Assembly (NCBI GenBank): GCA_041917695.1
Contig: JAYRXE010000037.1
Location: 434,582-498,581 of the forward strand
DNA: 64,000 nt
Source of the DNA: Minisyncoccota bacterium
Lineage (GTDB): Bacteria > Patescibacteriota > Minisyncoccia > UBA6257 > GWB1-50-10
Reading direction: 5' to 3'
Positions 40,885-50,685 of this stretch are shown here, one piece after another. The translations under genes and the position numbers were made by a program. The notes beneath the pieces were generated by a model. It had not been told where the DNA came from and searched no databases. It saw only the letters and a list, made by a program, of their open reading frames with translations. Within the stretch, counting starts at the first letter, position 1. Every line of letters starts with the position of its first letter.

Positions 40885-41568
40885 TTAACCGATAATGAAA
40901 CGCCCGTTTTGTTCGTCCTTTACCAAGCTGCCATGCTCGAGCGTGATAACGCGCTCTCCCAGGGTATTCACGATTTCCTTGTCATGGGTCGCGAGGATGA
41001 CGGTACTTCCCAGTTCGTTGATTTTCGTGAGCAATTTGATGACTTCCCAGGTATTGAACGGATCGAGGTTCCCGGTGGGCTCGTCCGCGATGATGACGTC
41101 GGGACGGTTGATCATGGCGCGGGCAATGGCAACGCGCTGCTTCTCGCCGCCCGAAAGCTCCGTGGGGAAATTGTGCGCTTTGTCTTTCAGCCCCACCATT
41201 TCGAGTACCTGGGGCACGAGCTCGTTGATTTCCGTCTGGGTACGACCCTCCACCTCAAGCGCGAAAGCGACGTTCTCAAAAGCCGTCTTTTTGGGAAGAA
41301 GCCTGAAATCCTGGAAAATGACGCCGATATGCCGGCGGTATTCCGGCATTTCGCCGGACCGGAGCTTTGAAACCTCGTAGGGACCGAAGAAAATCTGGCC
41401 CTTGGTGGGTTTTTCCTCCCCGATGAGAAGCTTGATGATAGTCGATTTTCCCGCCCCTGAACGGCCGACGAGCGAGACGAATTCGTTCGGCTGTATCTTA
41501 AAGCTTACTTTGTCCAAGGCTACCGTATCGTGATTGTAAGTCTTCGTGACGTTCTGGAAGATAATCAT
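40885..41568 (-). CDS. ftsE: Cell division ATP-binding protein FtsE
   Basis: GRSGAGKST, IGV.FQDFRLL, LSGGE.QR, ADEPTGNLDP. Confidence 0.95.
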   Translation of the reverse strand: MIIFQNVTKTYNHDTVALDKVSFKIQPNEFVSLVGRSGAGKSTIIKLLIGEEKPTKGQIFFGPYEVSKLRSGEMPEYRRHIGVIFQDFRLLPKKTAFENVAFALEVEGRTQTEINELVPQVLEMVGLKDKAHNFPTELSGGEKQRVAIARAMINRPDVIIADEPTGNLDPFNTWEVIKLLTKINELGSTVILATHDKEIVNTLGERVITLEHGSLVKDEQNGRFIIG

Positions 41569-41638
41569 GGGTGTTGCTCTAGAGTCTCAAAAAAGATTGC
41601 GCTTCACACGCAGATGAAGCCATTATACACGATACGGT

Positions 41639-42343
41639 TTACGGCAACAAATCGAGATTCCCTTCCAGCACCTCTTCAACCTTCGTGATTTTCTCCCCCG
41701 TCTTGTGGTCTTTCACTTGCTTGTACGGATGGAGCACGTACGAACGGATCTCGTGGCCCCATTCGGGTTTCACCTTGGTCTTCAAATTTCTCACTTCGGT
41801 TTCATGCTTCTCCTTCATAAGCTCAATGAGCTTCGTTTTTAGGATTTCCATCGCCCGTTCGCGGTTTGCGCTTTGGCTCCGTTCGGCCTGCGAGAGAATG
41901 ACAACGCCGGTCGGCACGTGCACCACGCGCACAGCGGTCTCCACCTTGTTCACGTTCTGCCCGCCCGGACCGGATGAGCGCGTGAACTCGATTTTCAAAT
42001 CGCTTTCGGGAATCTGCAGTTTTGATGTCTCGACCGGCGGAAGCACCGGCAGGATTTCGACGAGGGCGAATGAGGTATGGCGGAGCTTTTTTGCGTCGAA
42101 GGGAGAGATGCGTACCAGCCGGTGGACGCCGTATTCCCCCCGGAGACGCTCATACGACCCCTCACCCTTAATCTCGAGGGTATTGTCGTTCACCGCCCGC
42201 CACTTCCACTTTTTCAGTTCGGTAAAACGCATATACATCTTGAGGAGCATCCCCGCCCAGTCTTTGGCATCGTCGCCACCCGCGCCGGCAAAAACCGTCA
42301 CATACGCGCCGTTCTTCTTTGCTTCGGGAGGCGTGAAACTCAT
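41639..42343 (-). CDS. prfB: Peptide chain release factor 2, N-terminally short (234 aa)
   Basis: GAGG..A.DWA.ML, GVHRLVRISPFD (SPF), GPGGQNVNK, WG..IRSYVLHPY; prfB-ftsE-ftsX synteny. Confidence 0.88.
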   Translation of the reverse strand: MSFTPPEAKKNGAYVTVFAGAGGDDAKDWAGMLLKMYMRFTELKKWKWRAVNDNTLEIKGEGSYERLRGEYGVHRLVRISPFDAKKLRHTSFALVEILPVLPPVETSKLQIPESDLKIEFTRSSGPGGQNVNKVETAVRVVHVPTGVVILSQAERSQSANRERAMEILKTKLIELMKEKHETEVRNLKTKVKPEWGHEIRSYVLHPYKQVKDHKTGEKITKVEEVLEGNLDLLP

Positions 42344-42395
42344 GAGTCTCACTGTACCAGGAATGCGTAAAAAATAAAAAAGCCCACGAATGGGC

Positions 42396-42773
42396 TTAGA
42401 TGACAACGCACGCAAAATTGCCGAAAGCGCTTGGCATCAGAAGAATCCACAATGATGAATCCAGTTTATCTGCATGAGTGGCTAGGCAAAAATTTTTGAT
42501 ATCTTCCAGGACTGCATTCTTCCTTTCCTCAAGATTTATTTTTCTCTCGGGATAATCATGCGCGAGAACCAGGATTTCAATCACCTGGGAATGTACGTCC
42601 ATTTTTTTATGTTGCCGAGGCTTTACCTTGATATCTTCGGGCTTGAGGAAGCCTTCCTTTCCTTCTTCCGTTGAGACGGAAAGATGCTTGGAAAGCGTTA
42701 CGGGAAGAAAGCGTGCGAGTTCCTCTGCATCTCCCTTTGCTGATTCCTCGTAGAACATGAATACGTACGGCAT
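42396..42773 (-). CDS. Hypothetical protein, possible tautomerase-superfamily fold (Pro-1)
   Basis: AAGGAG SD before MPYVFMF; own TTGACT promoter and terminator 42380-42397. Confidence 0.6.
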   Translation of the reverse strand: MPYVFMFYEESAKGDAEELARFLPVTLSKHLSVSTEEGKEGFLKPEDIKVKPRQHKKMDVHSQVIEILVLAHDYPERKINLEERKNAVLEDIKNFCLATHADKLDSSLWILLMPSAFGNFACVVI

Positions 42774-42862
42774 TCGAACTCCTTTTTTAAATTTGAAATA
42801 CTGGCTATGTTTTATAGTAAATTCCACCAGGAGTCAATTATCCCTAAAAAGAAGAGCCGCAA

Positions 42863-43279
42863 CTATGCGGCTTTCAAAGTATATATCCTTACCTGCTTCA
42901 AATCCCACCAACGACCCTGCCCATTATCAAAAAGAATGCGAGGATCTTTGATCCCTAAATACCTCTCTAATTCCTCAAAGAACGCGGGAGATGAAATGAA
43001 GATGGATGAACTATTCTTATCAGAAAAAAGAGGGCTATCCGCATCTATCTTACCATCCCTGATTACATTAGGGTTCTCAAGCCATAAACCTAATCGATAG
43101 GAAAAAGAGCGCTCTTCTTTCTGGAAAGTAAAATAGAGTTCATCGACCTCGGGAAGAAGGACGGGAATCACTGTCTTAAACATGGACTGACTCATGCCTC
43201 CCCCTCCTCGAATAGAGGATAAAAAAACAGGACAATTATTGATGAGATAAATCACCGCTTCCTTGTGCGAAGTTATCAT
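42863..43279 (-). CDS. Hypothetical protein (AT-rich cassette)
   Basis: GGAG SD; promoter TTGACA-17-TATTTT; hairpin overlapping stop. Confidence 0.6.
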   Translation of the reverse strand: MITSHKEAVIYLINNCPVFLSSIRGGGGMSQSMFKTVIPVLLPEVDELYFTFQKEERSFSYRLGLWLENPNVIRDGKIDADSPLFSDKNSSSIFISSPAFFEELERYLGIKDPRILFDNGQGRWWDLKQVRIYTLKAA

Positions 43280-43383
43280 TATGCTTCTCCAATAAGTTAT
43301 TAAATTTACTGGATATAAAATAAAATATTTATTAACTTATGTCAAAGTAATTATTCTCTACAATCGAACAATCCGCCGAATGC

Positions 43384-43546
43384 GCCACTTCGGAATCTCA
43401 TGTCGCTTAAAATACCACTTCAGGAATCTCACAAAATTCCGTATCCACGGAATTTTTTTGAACCCCTCGGTTCCAATTATTCGCTTCGCGAATCCTACGT
43501 CTTGGAAAAACAAGTGTTTTTCCACCGCCTTTTCCCTTCGATTCCG
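43384..43546 (-). mobile_element. tRNA-linked structured element, Thr copy (diverged, right end duplicated)
   Basis: Inverted T-arm CGGAATCGAA, GAACC..GGTTC hairpin, two TGAGATTCC-(T)GAAGTGG copies of tRNA-Thr 3' end. Confidence 0.6.
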
Positions 43547-43596
43547 AAATGCTACAGATGTAAAAATACCGTCATAAGACGGTATTTTTACATCTG

Positions 43597-43669
43597 AGCC
43601 ACTTCCCGGAATCGAACCGGGGACCTTTGCTTTACGAAAGCACTGCTCTACCAGCTGAGCTAAAGTGGC
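43597..43669 (-). tRNA. tRNA-Thr(CGT)
   Basis: GCCACTT..AAGTGGC-T, loop TT-CGT-AA, GTTCGATTC. Confidence 0.95.
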
Positions 43670-43671
43670 TT

Positions 43672-43884
43672 TTATTCGGAATCCTCCTCCAATTCCTCCT
43701 TAAGACTTATAAACTCATTCTCGGCTTTTTTCAACCGTTCGCGCGCCGTCTTCACGAGCGCTACCCCCTCCTTGAACTTCTCAAGTCCCTTCTCGACGTC
43801 CACGTCCTTCGAATTCAAATCCGCGACGATCTTATCGAGCTTCGCAAGGACGTCCTTCAGGTTTTCTTTTTCTTTGGCCGGCAT
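43672..43884 (-). CDS. xseB: Exodeoxyribonuclease VII small subunit
   Basis: L..IV..L......E..L..F.EG..L......L..AE; follows xseA. Confidence 0.9.
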   Translation of the reverse strand: MPAKEKENLKDVLAKLDKIVADLNSKDVDVEKGLEKFKEGVALVKTARERLKKAENEFISLKEELEEDSE

Positions 43885-43886
43885 AG

Positions 43887-45086
43887 TTATGCTTCAGTTC
43901 CTTCGACGCGGGTTTTTACGCTTCCCTTCCGCAGGCGGATGGAGAGGCGGTCCCCGGGCGCCACATCTGCGGCAGCGCGGATAATCGAAGAGTTCTCATT
44001 ATAGACCAAGGCATATCCTTTTTCCAAAATCCCCTCTGGGTTCAGGAATCCGAGGGCGGAATCGAAGGAATCCACCTTCGCACGCAGCTCAGCCAAGGTG
44101 CGGGTATAGAAATTCCCCGCAATGGAAAGCTTTTCTTCGACCGCGGCAAACGCGGCAAAGACGCGCCCCGCCGCGCCGATAAGATAATTCCCCCGCGACA
44201 GGATGCCGTGGCGCAATTCAAAGATGAGCGAGGCGTAGGCGACCTCCAAACGCTCCCCCAGGCGCTTCACGAATTCGAAGAGACGGTCATACTCTTCGCA
44301 CAAGAACTTGGCGACTGCCGTGGGCGTCGAAAAATCGCGATCCGAAACGAAGCCGGCGATTGTCTCGTCCGTCTCGTGCCCGATGCCCGTGAGGACCGGC
44401 ACCTTGGACGCCACGATAGCCTCGGCGACCGCTTCGCTGTTGAACGCCTTCAAGCTTTCAAGCGAGCCGCCCCCGCGGATAAGCGCAATCACTTCCGGGG
44501 GCTTTGCAAGGCGGTTAAACGCCTCAAGGGCGCGGATGATGGAACCCTCCGCCTCGTCCCCTTCCACTCGCGCGTCTGCCACCAAAACCTTGAAACCGTG
44601 CTTGCCGAGGTTTTTTCGGAAATCCTCGATGACCGCCCCGTGGGTGGAAGTAACAACCCCTATCACCCGGACGAATTTCGGTATGGCGCGCTTCCGGTCG
44701 GCATCAAAATATCCTTTTTCAGCAAGCCTTTTTTTGAGCTCTTCAAACGCTTTTTTGAGCGCGCCTTCCCCGACGGGAACGACCGACTCGGCGAGGAAGG
44801 AAAACTTTCCGCCTTCCCACAATTTCGCCTCACCCCGAAGCTCGACCTCCAGGCCGTTCTCGATGAGGTGGCGGTATTTCGGCAGGCGGAATTTCCACAC
44901 CCAGCATTGCAGGACGTGCTTCCCCGAATCGGCATCCTTCAAATCGAAATAGACGTGGCCCGAAGGCGATGCCTTTACGTTCGCAATTTCACCGCGCACG
45001 GCATGCCCGCCCTCCCGTTTCAGGGCGACATTCACATATTCGATGAATTCCGAAACGGAAAAGACGGCCTGGGGAATCGTTGCCAT
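43887..45086 (-). CDS. xseA: Exodeoxyribonuclease VII large subunit
   Basis: SGH.YF.LKD, RGGGS.E.L..FN, GIGHETD.T, TPTA.A, L.KGYA. Confidence 0.95.
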   Translation of the reverse strand: MATIPQAVFSVSEFIEYVNVALKREGGHAVRGEIANVKASPSGHVYFDLKDADSGKHVLQCWVWKFRLPKYRHLIENGLEVELRGEAKLWEGGKFSFLAESVVPVGEGALKKAFEELKKRLAEKGYFDADRKRAIPKFVRVIGVVTSTHGAVIEDFRKNLGKHGFKVLVADARVEGDEAEGSIIRALEAFNRLAKPPEVIALIRGGGSLESLKAFNSEAVAEAIVASKVPVLTGIGHETDETIAGFVSDRDFSTPTAVAKFLCEEYDRLFEFVKRLGERLEVAYASLIFELRHGILSRGNYLIGAAGRVFAAFAAVEEKLSIAGNFYTRTLAELRAKVDSFDSALGFLNPEGILEKGYALVYNENSSIIRAAADVAPGDRLSIRLRKGSVKTRVEGTEA

Positions 45087-45088
45087 AG

Positions 45089-45319
45089 TTATTCCTTCCG
45101 GCGCGTGAGAATATAATCGTTATTTTCCTTGTACCACAAGGTATAGTTTCGTCCGGCCTTATCCTCAAACTCGCACGACTTCGTGCGTGCGCGCCGGGCC
45201 GCTTCAAAAAAAACCTTCGCCTCGACCGGCTCAAGGCGTTCGCGAAGATGGTACAGCCCCTCTTTCGCGTCGTCCTCGTACTGGAGGTCGAAGTTGAAAA
45301 GCGTCGTCTTTTTAACCAT
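45089..45319 (-). CDS. Hypothetical protein (76 aa)
   Basis: ORF 2 nt before xseA; TATAAT 6 nt before ATG. Confidence 0.65.
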   Translation of the reverse strand: MVKKTTLFNFDLQYEDDAKEGLYHLRERLEPVEAKVFFEAARRARTKSCEFEDKAGRNYTLWYKENNDYILTRRKE

Positions 45320-45326
45320 GAGATGA

Positions 45327-45860
45327 TTATACCTCGGTCTTGTGAGCGAGAAAGTCCTTCCCGAAAGCCTTCAGCGAATAGTAGCCCGCGAAGGCAAGGA
45401 AAAAACCTGCAAGGACATCCATCGGCCATTCGACGCCCGAAGCGATTCGCGAGAGGGACACCAGGATCGCGGAAATGAAAAAAATGTTCGCACGATGCGG
45501 GCGGGCATAGAGAACGGCAAACGCCATGGCAAACATGACAACCGCCGTAAGCGACGGGAATGATGTCCCCAAAGCGGTGAAAACCGGCTCAAAACCCAGC
45601 GTTTCATACGGCCTCGGACGTGACGAAAAAAACCTAATGGCGGTGCCGGCGACACCCGCCGAAAGGACGAGCAGAAGCGCCGTAAAAAGGGAATACCGCA
45701 CGCGCTTTCGGCGGTCCTTTTCGCGCAAATAGACGATGAAAAGCAGGAACGCCACCGCCCACGGAAAATACACCGAAAAGAAAAGCGCGATGAATTTCAA
45801 AAAAGAAAAGCGCTCGAGAAACGAGTGGATGAGCTCGAAGAGAAGAAGATCGAGCGCCAT
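45327..45860 (-). CDS. PAP2-family membrane protein with degenerate catalytic motifs
   Basis: RPRP, SFPS(LT), SRI..GV(E)WP.D. Confidence 0.8.
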   Translation of the reverse strand: MALDLLLFELIHSFLERFSFLKFIALFFSVYFPWAVAFLLFIVYLREKDRRKRVRYSLFTALLLVLSAGVAGTAIRFFSSRPRPYETLGFEPVFTALGTSFPSLTAVVMFAMAFAVLYARPHRANIFFISAILVSLSRIASGVEWPMDVLAGFFLAFAGYYSLKAFGKDFLAHKTEV

Positions 45861-45869
45861 GGAGGGGGC

Positions 45870-46085
45870 TTATTTCCGGGTAAACGGCATCAGGCCGAAC
45901 GCGCGGGAACGCTTGATCGTCTTCGCGAGATTGCGCTGATGGCTCGCGCACACGCCCGTGTGGCGGGGATCGATGATCTTCCCCTGGGCCGAAATGAATC
46001 GGCGGAGAAGCTCTACGTTCTCGTGGTCGATCTGCTGGACGTTCTGCGAGCAGAAAAAGCACTGTTTGGGGGCTTTGCTGGGCAT
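45870..46085 (-). CDS. rpsR: 30S ribosomal protein S18 (Zn-binding type)
   Basis: C.FC, GKI...R.TG.C..HQR....IKRSR. Confidence 0.95.
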   Translation of the reverse strand: MPSKAPKQCFFCSQNVQQIDHENVELLRRFISAQGKIIDPRHTGVCASHQRNLAKTIKRSRAFGLMPFTRK

Positions 46086-46089
46086 AATT

Positions 46090-46557
46090 TTAGAATGGAA
46101 TATCCTCTGATTTGATTTCGTCGTCGATGTTTATTTCGGGAAAGGCATCGTCCTTCATCTCGTCCGGCGAGAAGGCCGGTTCCTGGTCGCGGAAATTATC
46201 CGCATCGCCTCCCGCAGGCGAACCGCCGGAATTGCGCGGACCAAGTTGCATCCGTTCAGCCACAACTTCCGTCACCTTGCGGTTCTTGCCTTCCTTGTCC
46301 GTCCACGAACGGCTCTGCAACCTCCCCTCGAAGAACGCGGAGCTTCCGCGCTTCAAAAACTGGTTTGCGATTTCCGCCTGGCGGCCCCACAGGATGATGG
46401 TGTGGAACTCCGTCTTCTTTTGTTTGTCTCCCGTGCGCGAAGTAAAAAAGCTGTTGGTCGCAATCGAAACCGTGCACACCGACTGTCCGGTCGGCGTTTG
46501 GCGGAATTCGGGATCCCTGGTCAGGTTTCCCATGAGGAAGACTTTATTGATATTCAC
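46090..46557 (-). CDS. ssb: Single-stranded DNA-binding protein
   Basis: NKV.L.GNLTRDPE, EGRL, C-terminal DIPF. Confidence 0.97.
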   Translation of the reverse strand: MNINKVFLMGNLTRDPEFRQTPTGQSVCTVSIATNSFFTSRTGDKQKKTEFHTIILWGRQAEIANQFLKRGSSAFFEGRLQSRSWTDKEGKNRKVTEVVAERMQLGPRNSGGSPAGGDADNFRDQEPAFSPDEMKDDAFPEINIDDEIKSEDIPF

Positions 46558-46561
46558 GGTC

Positions 46562-46990
46562 TTATTGTAATATTTCCTCTATCTTTTTCTCAAGGGCCTC
46601 GTTCGAGAGCTCCGTATGGAACTTGCGCGGAGCGCCCTTTTCCCCTCCCCTCCGGCGGGCCTTGGCGCGCGCCACCTCCTCCGGATCCTGGCGCTTTTCC
46701 TCGATAACCGGAGGCTTTATGAGGACCATAACGCGGAGGATTTCGGGCTCGAATTTCAATCCGGCCGAGATCTTTTGGGAGGGATTACCGGTTGCGTTGA
46801 AAAAAATGTTCCCGGAAAAGGCGAACTGCTGTTTCTTAATGGGGTAGGCCAGGCGCACCTTGGCGAATTCCGGCACGTGCGTCACTTCCCCGCCGCTTTT
46901 CTCGACGAGTGCCCGCGCGCGCGCTCCGCTTTCTTCAAGCGTGAGAAACGACGCGACGTATTCTTTTTTGATCTGTTCGTTGGTCTCCAT
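46562..46990 (-). CDS. rpsF: 30S ribosomal protein S6
   Basis: RLAYPIKK, ILR.M; rpsF-ssb-rpsR synteny. Confidence 0.88.
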   Translation of the reverse strand: METNEQIKKEYVASFLTLEESGARARALVEKSGGEVTHVPEFAKVRLAYPIKKQQFAFSGNIFFNATGNPSQKISAGLKFEPEILRVMVLIKPPVIEEKRQDPEEVARAKARRRGGEKGAPRKFHTELSNEALEKKIEEILQ

Positions 46991-47010
46991 GTACGGGGTG
47001 AAGGATATAG

Positions 47011-50000
47011 TTAATTGGCGGGAACGTCAACTTTAGCCGGCTCTCCTGCAGCTTCCTCGGGCGGAACCGGAACTTCATACACGCGCTTCACAAAGCCCTC
47101 GTCGAACCCGCGGATGCCGGTACCGGCGGGGACAAGCTTGCCGATGATGACGTTCTCCTTGAGACCGTTCAAATTGTCGATTTTGCGCTGTACGGCGGCA
47201 TTCACGAGGACCCGGCTCGTTTCCTGGAAGGACGCCGCCGAGAGGAAGCTGTCCGAGGTGAGCGAAACGCGGGTGATACCCATCACGCGCACCACGGCTT
47301 TCGCCGGCTGTTTCTTCTTTGCGCGCATCGCGCGGTTCACCGCCATGAACTTCGGACGCTCGACGATCTCGTCGACGATAAAGTCGGTGTCGCCCGAATC
47401 CTTGATAACGACCCGCGAGAACATTTGGCGCACCATAATCTCGACGTATTTATCGCTGATCGTCGTACCTTGCGGAACGTACACTTTCTGGACTTCGTCG
47501 ATAATGTAGCGCTCGGCGGCTTCAAGTCCGCGGTACACGAGCACTTCGCGGATATCGAGCGGGCCTTCCGAAAGCTGGTCGCCCTTCTTCACGGTATCTC
47601 CCTCCTTTACGAAGACCATCGCATAGAGCGGCACCACGTATTCCACGATGCCGTCTTTCGCGCTCTTGCGCTTCGTCGTCTTTGCGGCTTTTTTGAGCGA
47701 GCGCACGGAAATGACTTTGGACAATCCGCGCTCCTCGATCGCCGAGACGACGCCTTCTTCCTTCGCGAGCGGCGCCTTGCCCTTCGGCGGGCGGACTTCG
47801 AAGATTTCCTCGATACGGGGCAAACCGTGCGTGATATCGATACCCGCGATACCGCCGATGTGGAAGGTGCGCATGGTGAGCTGGGTACCCGGTTCGCCGA
47901 TGGACTGCGCGGCGATGATACCTACCGATTCGCCGATATCAACGGGCTTGTTGCGCGAGAGATCAAGGCCGAAACACTTTGCGCAAATGCCGGTATCAGC
48001 CTTGCAGCGGACCGGCGAGAAAACGCGGAGCGAGGCAATGTCGGATTTCTCAATCGCTTCGGCTTCCGCACGGCCGATGATGTTCCCCTTCTTCACGACG
48101 ACCTTGCGGTCGATGCGGATTTCCTGTGCTGACGTTCGGCCGAAAATGCGGTCGCTGAACTTGTACCCGAACTTCTCGCCGTCGCCGCGGGGCACTTCAA
48201 AGCCCTCGTCGTCCGAACAGCTCTCCTCGCGGATAATGAGGTCCTGCGAAACGTCGACGAGACGGCGGGTGAGATACCCGGCGGTCGCCGTCTTCAAAGC
48301 GGTGTCGGTGGAACCTTTGCGGGCACCGTGCGTCGAAATGAAGTATTCAAGGATACCCAACCCTTCCTTATAGGAAGACTTGATCGGCAGTTCGATGGTG
48401 TCGCCGGTCGAGCCCTGCACGAGTCCCTTCATGCCCATCATCTGGATAGGCTGGAGCCACGAACCGCGGCTTCCGGAATCGAAGATGGAGAAAATCGGAT
48501 TTTGGGAATCGAAGGCCTGCGGAATAAGCTTTGCAATCTTATCGCGGGCGTCGTTCCACACTTCGATGCTTTTTTCTTTCCGCTCGCTTTCCGTCAGAAG
48601 ACCCTCTTCATACTGCGAGTCGATAATGTCGATGCGCGCTTCGCTTTCTTTCACGATTGCGCCTTTTTCCTTCGGAATGATGGTATCGGCCGTGGACCAG
48701 GTAACGCCGGAGATGGTGGCGTAGGCGAAACCGAGGTTCTTGATGCCGTCAAGATACTCCATGGCCTCCTTGATGCCGACGAGTTCGATGATTTCGCTGA
48801 TGAGGCGCGAAAACGCCTTCTTGCCGACCAGTTCGTTCACGAAACGGAAATTTTCCGGAAGGACACTGTTGAAAATGATGCGGCCGTAGGTGGTTTCTTT
48901 GATCTCGCCTTCAAATTCGATTTTCACAAGCGCGTTCAAATCGAGCACGCCCTCTTCATGGGCGATAAGCGCCTCGCGGACAGACGAAAAGACTTTCCCT
49001 TCGCCGGTGGCGCCCGGAACAACCTTCGTGAGGAAGTACGAACCCAATACCATGTCCTGGGTCGGGCGCGTAATCGGCTCGCCGTTTGCCGGCTTCAGGA
49101 GGTTCGTGCCGGAGTTCATAAGCGTCTTCGCTTCATACTGCGCCTCGTCGGTGAGCGGAAGGTGGACGGCCATCTGGTCACCGTCGAAGTCGGCGTTGAA
49201 GGCCTCGCAGACGAGCGGCGGGATGCGGATGCACAGGTCTTCGATGAGAAGCGGGCGGAACGCCTGGATGCCCAAGCGGTGCAGGGTCGGCGCGCGGTTC
49301 AAAAGCACGCGCTTGTCCTGGATGACCTCTTCGAGGATCGCCCACACTTCGGGACTGCGCTGTTCGATGAAGCGGTTTGCCTGCTTCATGTTGTACGCAT
49401 ACTCCCGTTCGATGACTTTGTTGATGACGAAGTGGCGGAAGAGCTCGAGCGCAAGCTCCTTCGGCAAACCGCATTCGTCGAGTTTCAAATCCGGGCCGAC
49501 CACGATGACGGAACGGCCGGAATAGTCGACGCGCTTGCCGAGCAGGTTCTGCCGGAACCGGCCCTGCTTGCCTTTCAACATGTCCGCGAGCGAGCGGAGC
49601 GGGCGGCGGCGGGACGAGAGCAACTGGACACCCATGCGCTGCGAATTATCAATCAATGCATCCACGGCCTCCTGCAACATGCGCTTTTCGTTCGTGATGA
49701 TGACTTCCGGTGATTTCAGCTCAATGAGCTTCTTCAAGCGGTTATTGCGGTTGATGACGCGGCGGTACAAATCGTTCAAGTCGGCCGTCGCATAACGCCC
49801 GCCGTCCAAGGCAACCATCGGGCGAAGCTCCGGCGGCAATACCGGCAAATTCGTCATAATCATCCACTCGGGGCGGACTCCCCCCTTCATCAGCGCCTTC
49901 ACGAGCTGGAGGCGGCGGAGCAAGCGCTTTTCACGGCTTGCATCGCGGACGGTTTCCAAGTCCTTCTTCACCTCGACGGCGATCTTCTTCAAATCAAGCC

Positions 50001-50670
50001 GTTCTAAGATCTTCCGGATGGCGCCGGCGCCGCGGTCGGCTTCAAACACGTCGCCAAACTGCTCGGAGAGCATGTAGTACTCCGATTCGGTAAGGATAAG
50101 GCCGGGCTGGAGTGTCTGCAGGACTTCCTTGATGCGCTTCTGCCGCTCCTTCAGCTCCTTCGCGGAAACGTCTTTCATTTCCTTCGAATCGGAAAGCGAT
50201 TTGAATTCGGAATCGAGCATCGAGATCGTGCGCTTGCGGTTCTCTTCGTCCACCGCCGTCACGATGAAGGCCGCGTAATAGATGACCTTCTCAAGTTTGG
50301 AAACGGAAATATTCAAAAGCAGGCCGAGTTTGGACGGCACGTTTCGCAAAAACCAAATGTGGGCGACCGGCGCAGCAAGAGCGATGTGGCCCATGCGCTC
50401 GCGGCGGACGATGGCGCGCGTCACTTCGACGCCGCATTTCTCGCAGACCACGCCCTTGAAACGGATCTTCTTGTATTTTCCGCAATAGCACTCGTAATCC
50501 TTCGTCGGTCCGAAAATGCGCTCAGAAAAGAGCCCGTCTTTTTCCGGACGCTGGGTGCGATAGTTTAACGTCTCCGGCTTCAAAACCTCGCCGTACGACC
50601 ATGCCAAAATTTCCTCCGGACTCGCCACCGAAATCGAAAGGGACTTTACGTTCACGTCTTTATTGTTCAT
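47011..50670 (-). CDS. rpoC: RNA polymerase beta' subunit
   Basis: NADFDGDQMAVH, Zn-finger CYCGKY, GEPGTQLTMRTFH. Confidence 0.98.
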   Translation of the reverse strand: MNNKDVNVKSLSISVASPEEILAWSYGEVLKPETLNYRTQRPEKDGLFSERIFGPTKDYECYCGKYKKIRFKGVVCEKCGVEVTRAIVRRERMGHIALAAPVAHIWFLRNVPSKLGLLLNISVSKLEKVIYYAAFIVTAVDEENRKRTISMLDSEFKSLSDSKEMKDVSAKELKERQKRIKEVLQTLQPGLILTESEYYMLSEQFGDVFEADRGAGAIRKILERLDLKKIAVEVKKDLETVRDASREKRLLRRLQLVKALMKGGVRPEWMIMTNLPVLPPELRPMVALDGGRYATADLNDLYRRVINRNNRLKKLIELKSPEVIITNEKRMLQEAVDALIDNSQRMGVQLLSSRRRPLRSLADMLKGKQGRFRQNLLGKRVDYSGRSVIVVGPDLKLDECGLPKELALELFRHFVINKVIEREYAYNMKQANRFIEQRSPEVWAILEEVIQDKRVLLNRAPTLHRLGIQAFRPLLIEDLCIRIPPLVCEAFNADFDGDQMAVHLPLTDEAQYEAKTLMNSGTNLLKPANGEPITRPTQDMVLGSYFLTKVVPGATGEGKVFSSVREALIAHEEGVLDLNALVKIEFEGEIKETTYGRIIFNSVLPENFRFVNELVGKKAFSRLISEIIELVGIKEAMEYLDGIKNLGFAYATISGVTWSTADTIIPKEKGAIVKESEARIDIIDSQYEEGLLTESERKEKSIEVWNDARDKIAKLIPQAFDSQNPIFSIFDSGSRGSWLQPIQMMGMKGLVQGSTGDTIELPIKSSYKEGLGILEYFISTHGARKGSTDTALKTATAGYLTRRLVDVSQDLIIREESCSDDEGFEVPRGDGEKFGYKFSDRIFGRTSAQEIRIDRKVVVKKGNIIGRAEAEAIEKSDIASLRVFSPVRCKADTGICAKCFGLDLSRNKPVDIGESVGIIAAQSIGEPGTQLTMRTFHIGGIAGIDITHGLPRIEEIFEVRPPKGKAPLAKEEGVVSAIEERGLSKVISVRSLKKAAKTTKRKSAKDGIVEYVVPLYAMVFVKEGDTVKKGDQLSEGPLDIREVLVYRGLEAAERYIIDEVQKVYVPQGTTISDKYVEIMVRQMFSRVVIKDSGDTDFIVDEIVERPKFMAVNRAMRAKKKQPAKAVVRVMGITRVSLTSDSFLSAASFQETSRVLVNAAVQRKIDNLNGLKENVIIGKLVPAGTGIRGFDEGFVKRVYEVPVPPEEAAGEPAKVDVPAN

Positions 50671-50685
50671 ATGCGTGGAATATAT

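Noticed and set aside
41639-42343. PrfH or ArfB instead of RF2
   Set aside because: SPF tripeptide, GAGG..A.DWA motif, RF2 C-terminus and prfB-ftsEX synteny indicate RF2; no rtcB nearby.
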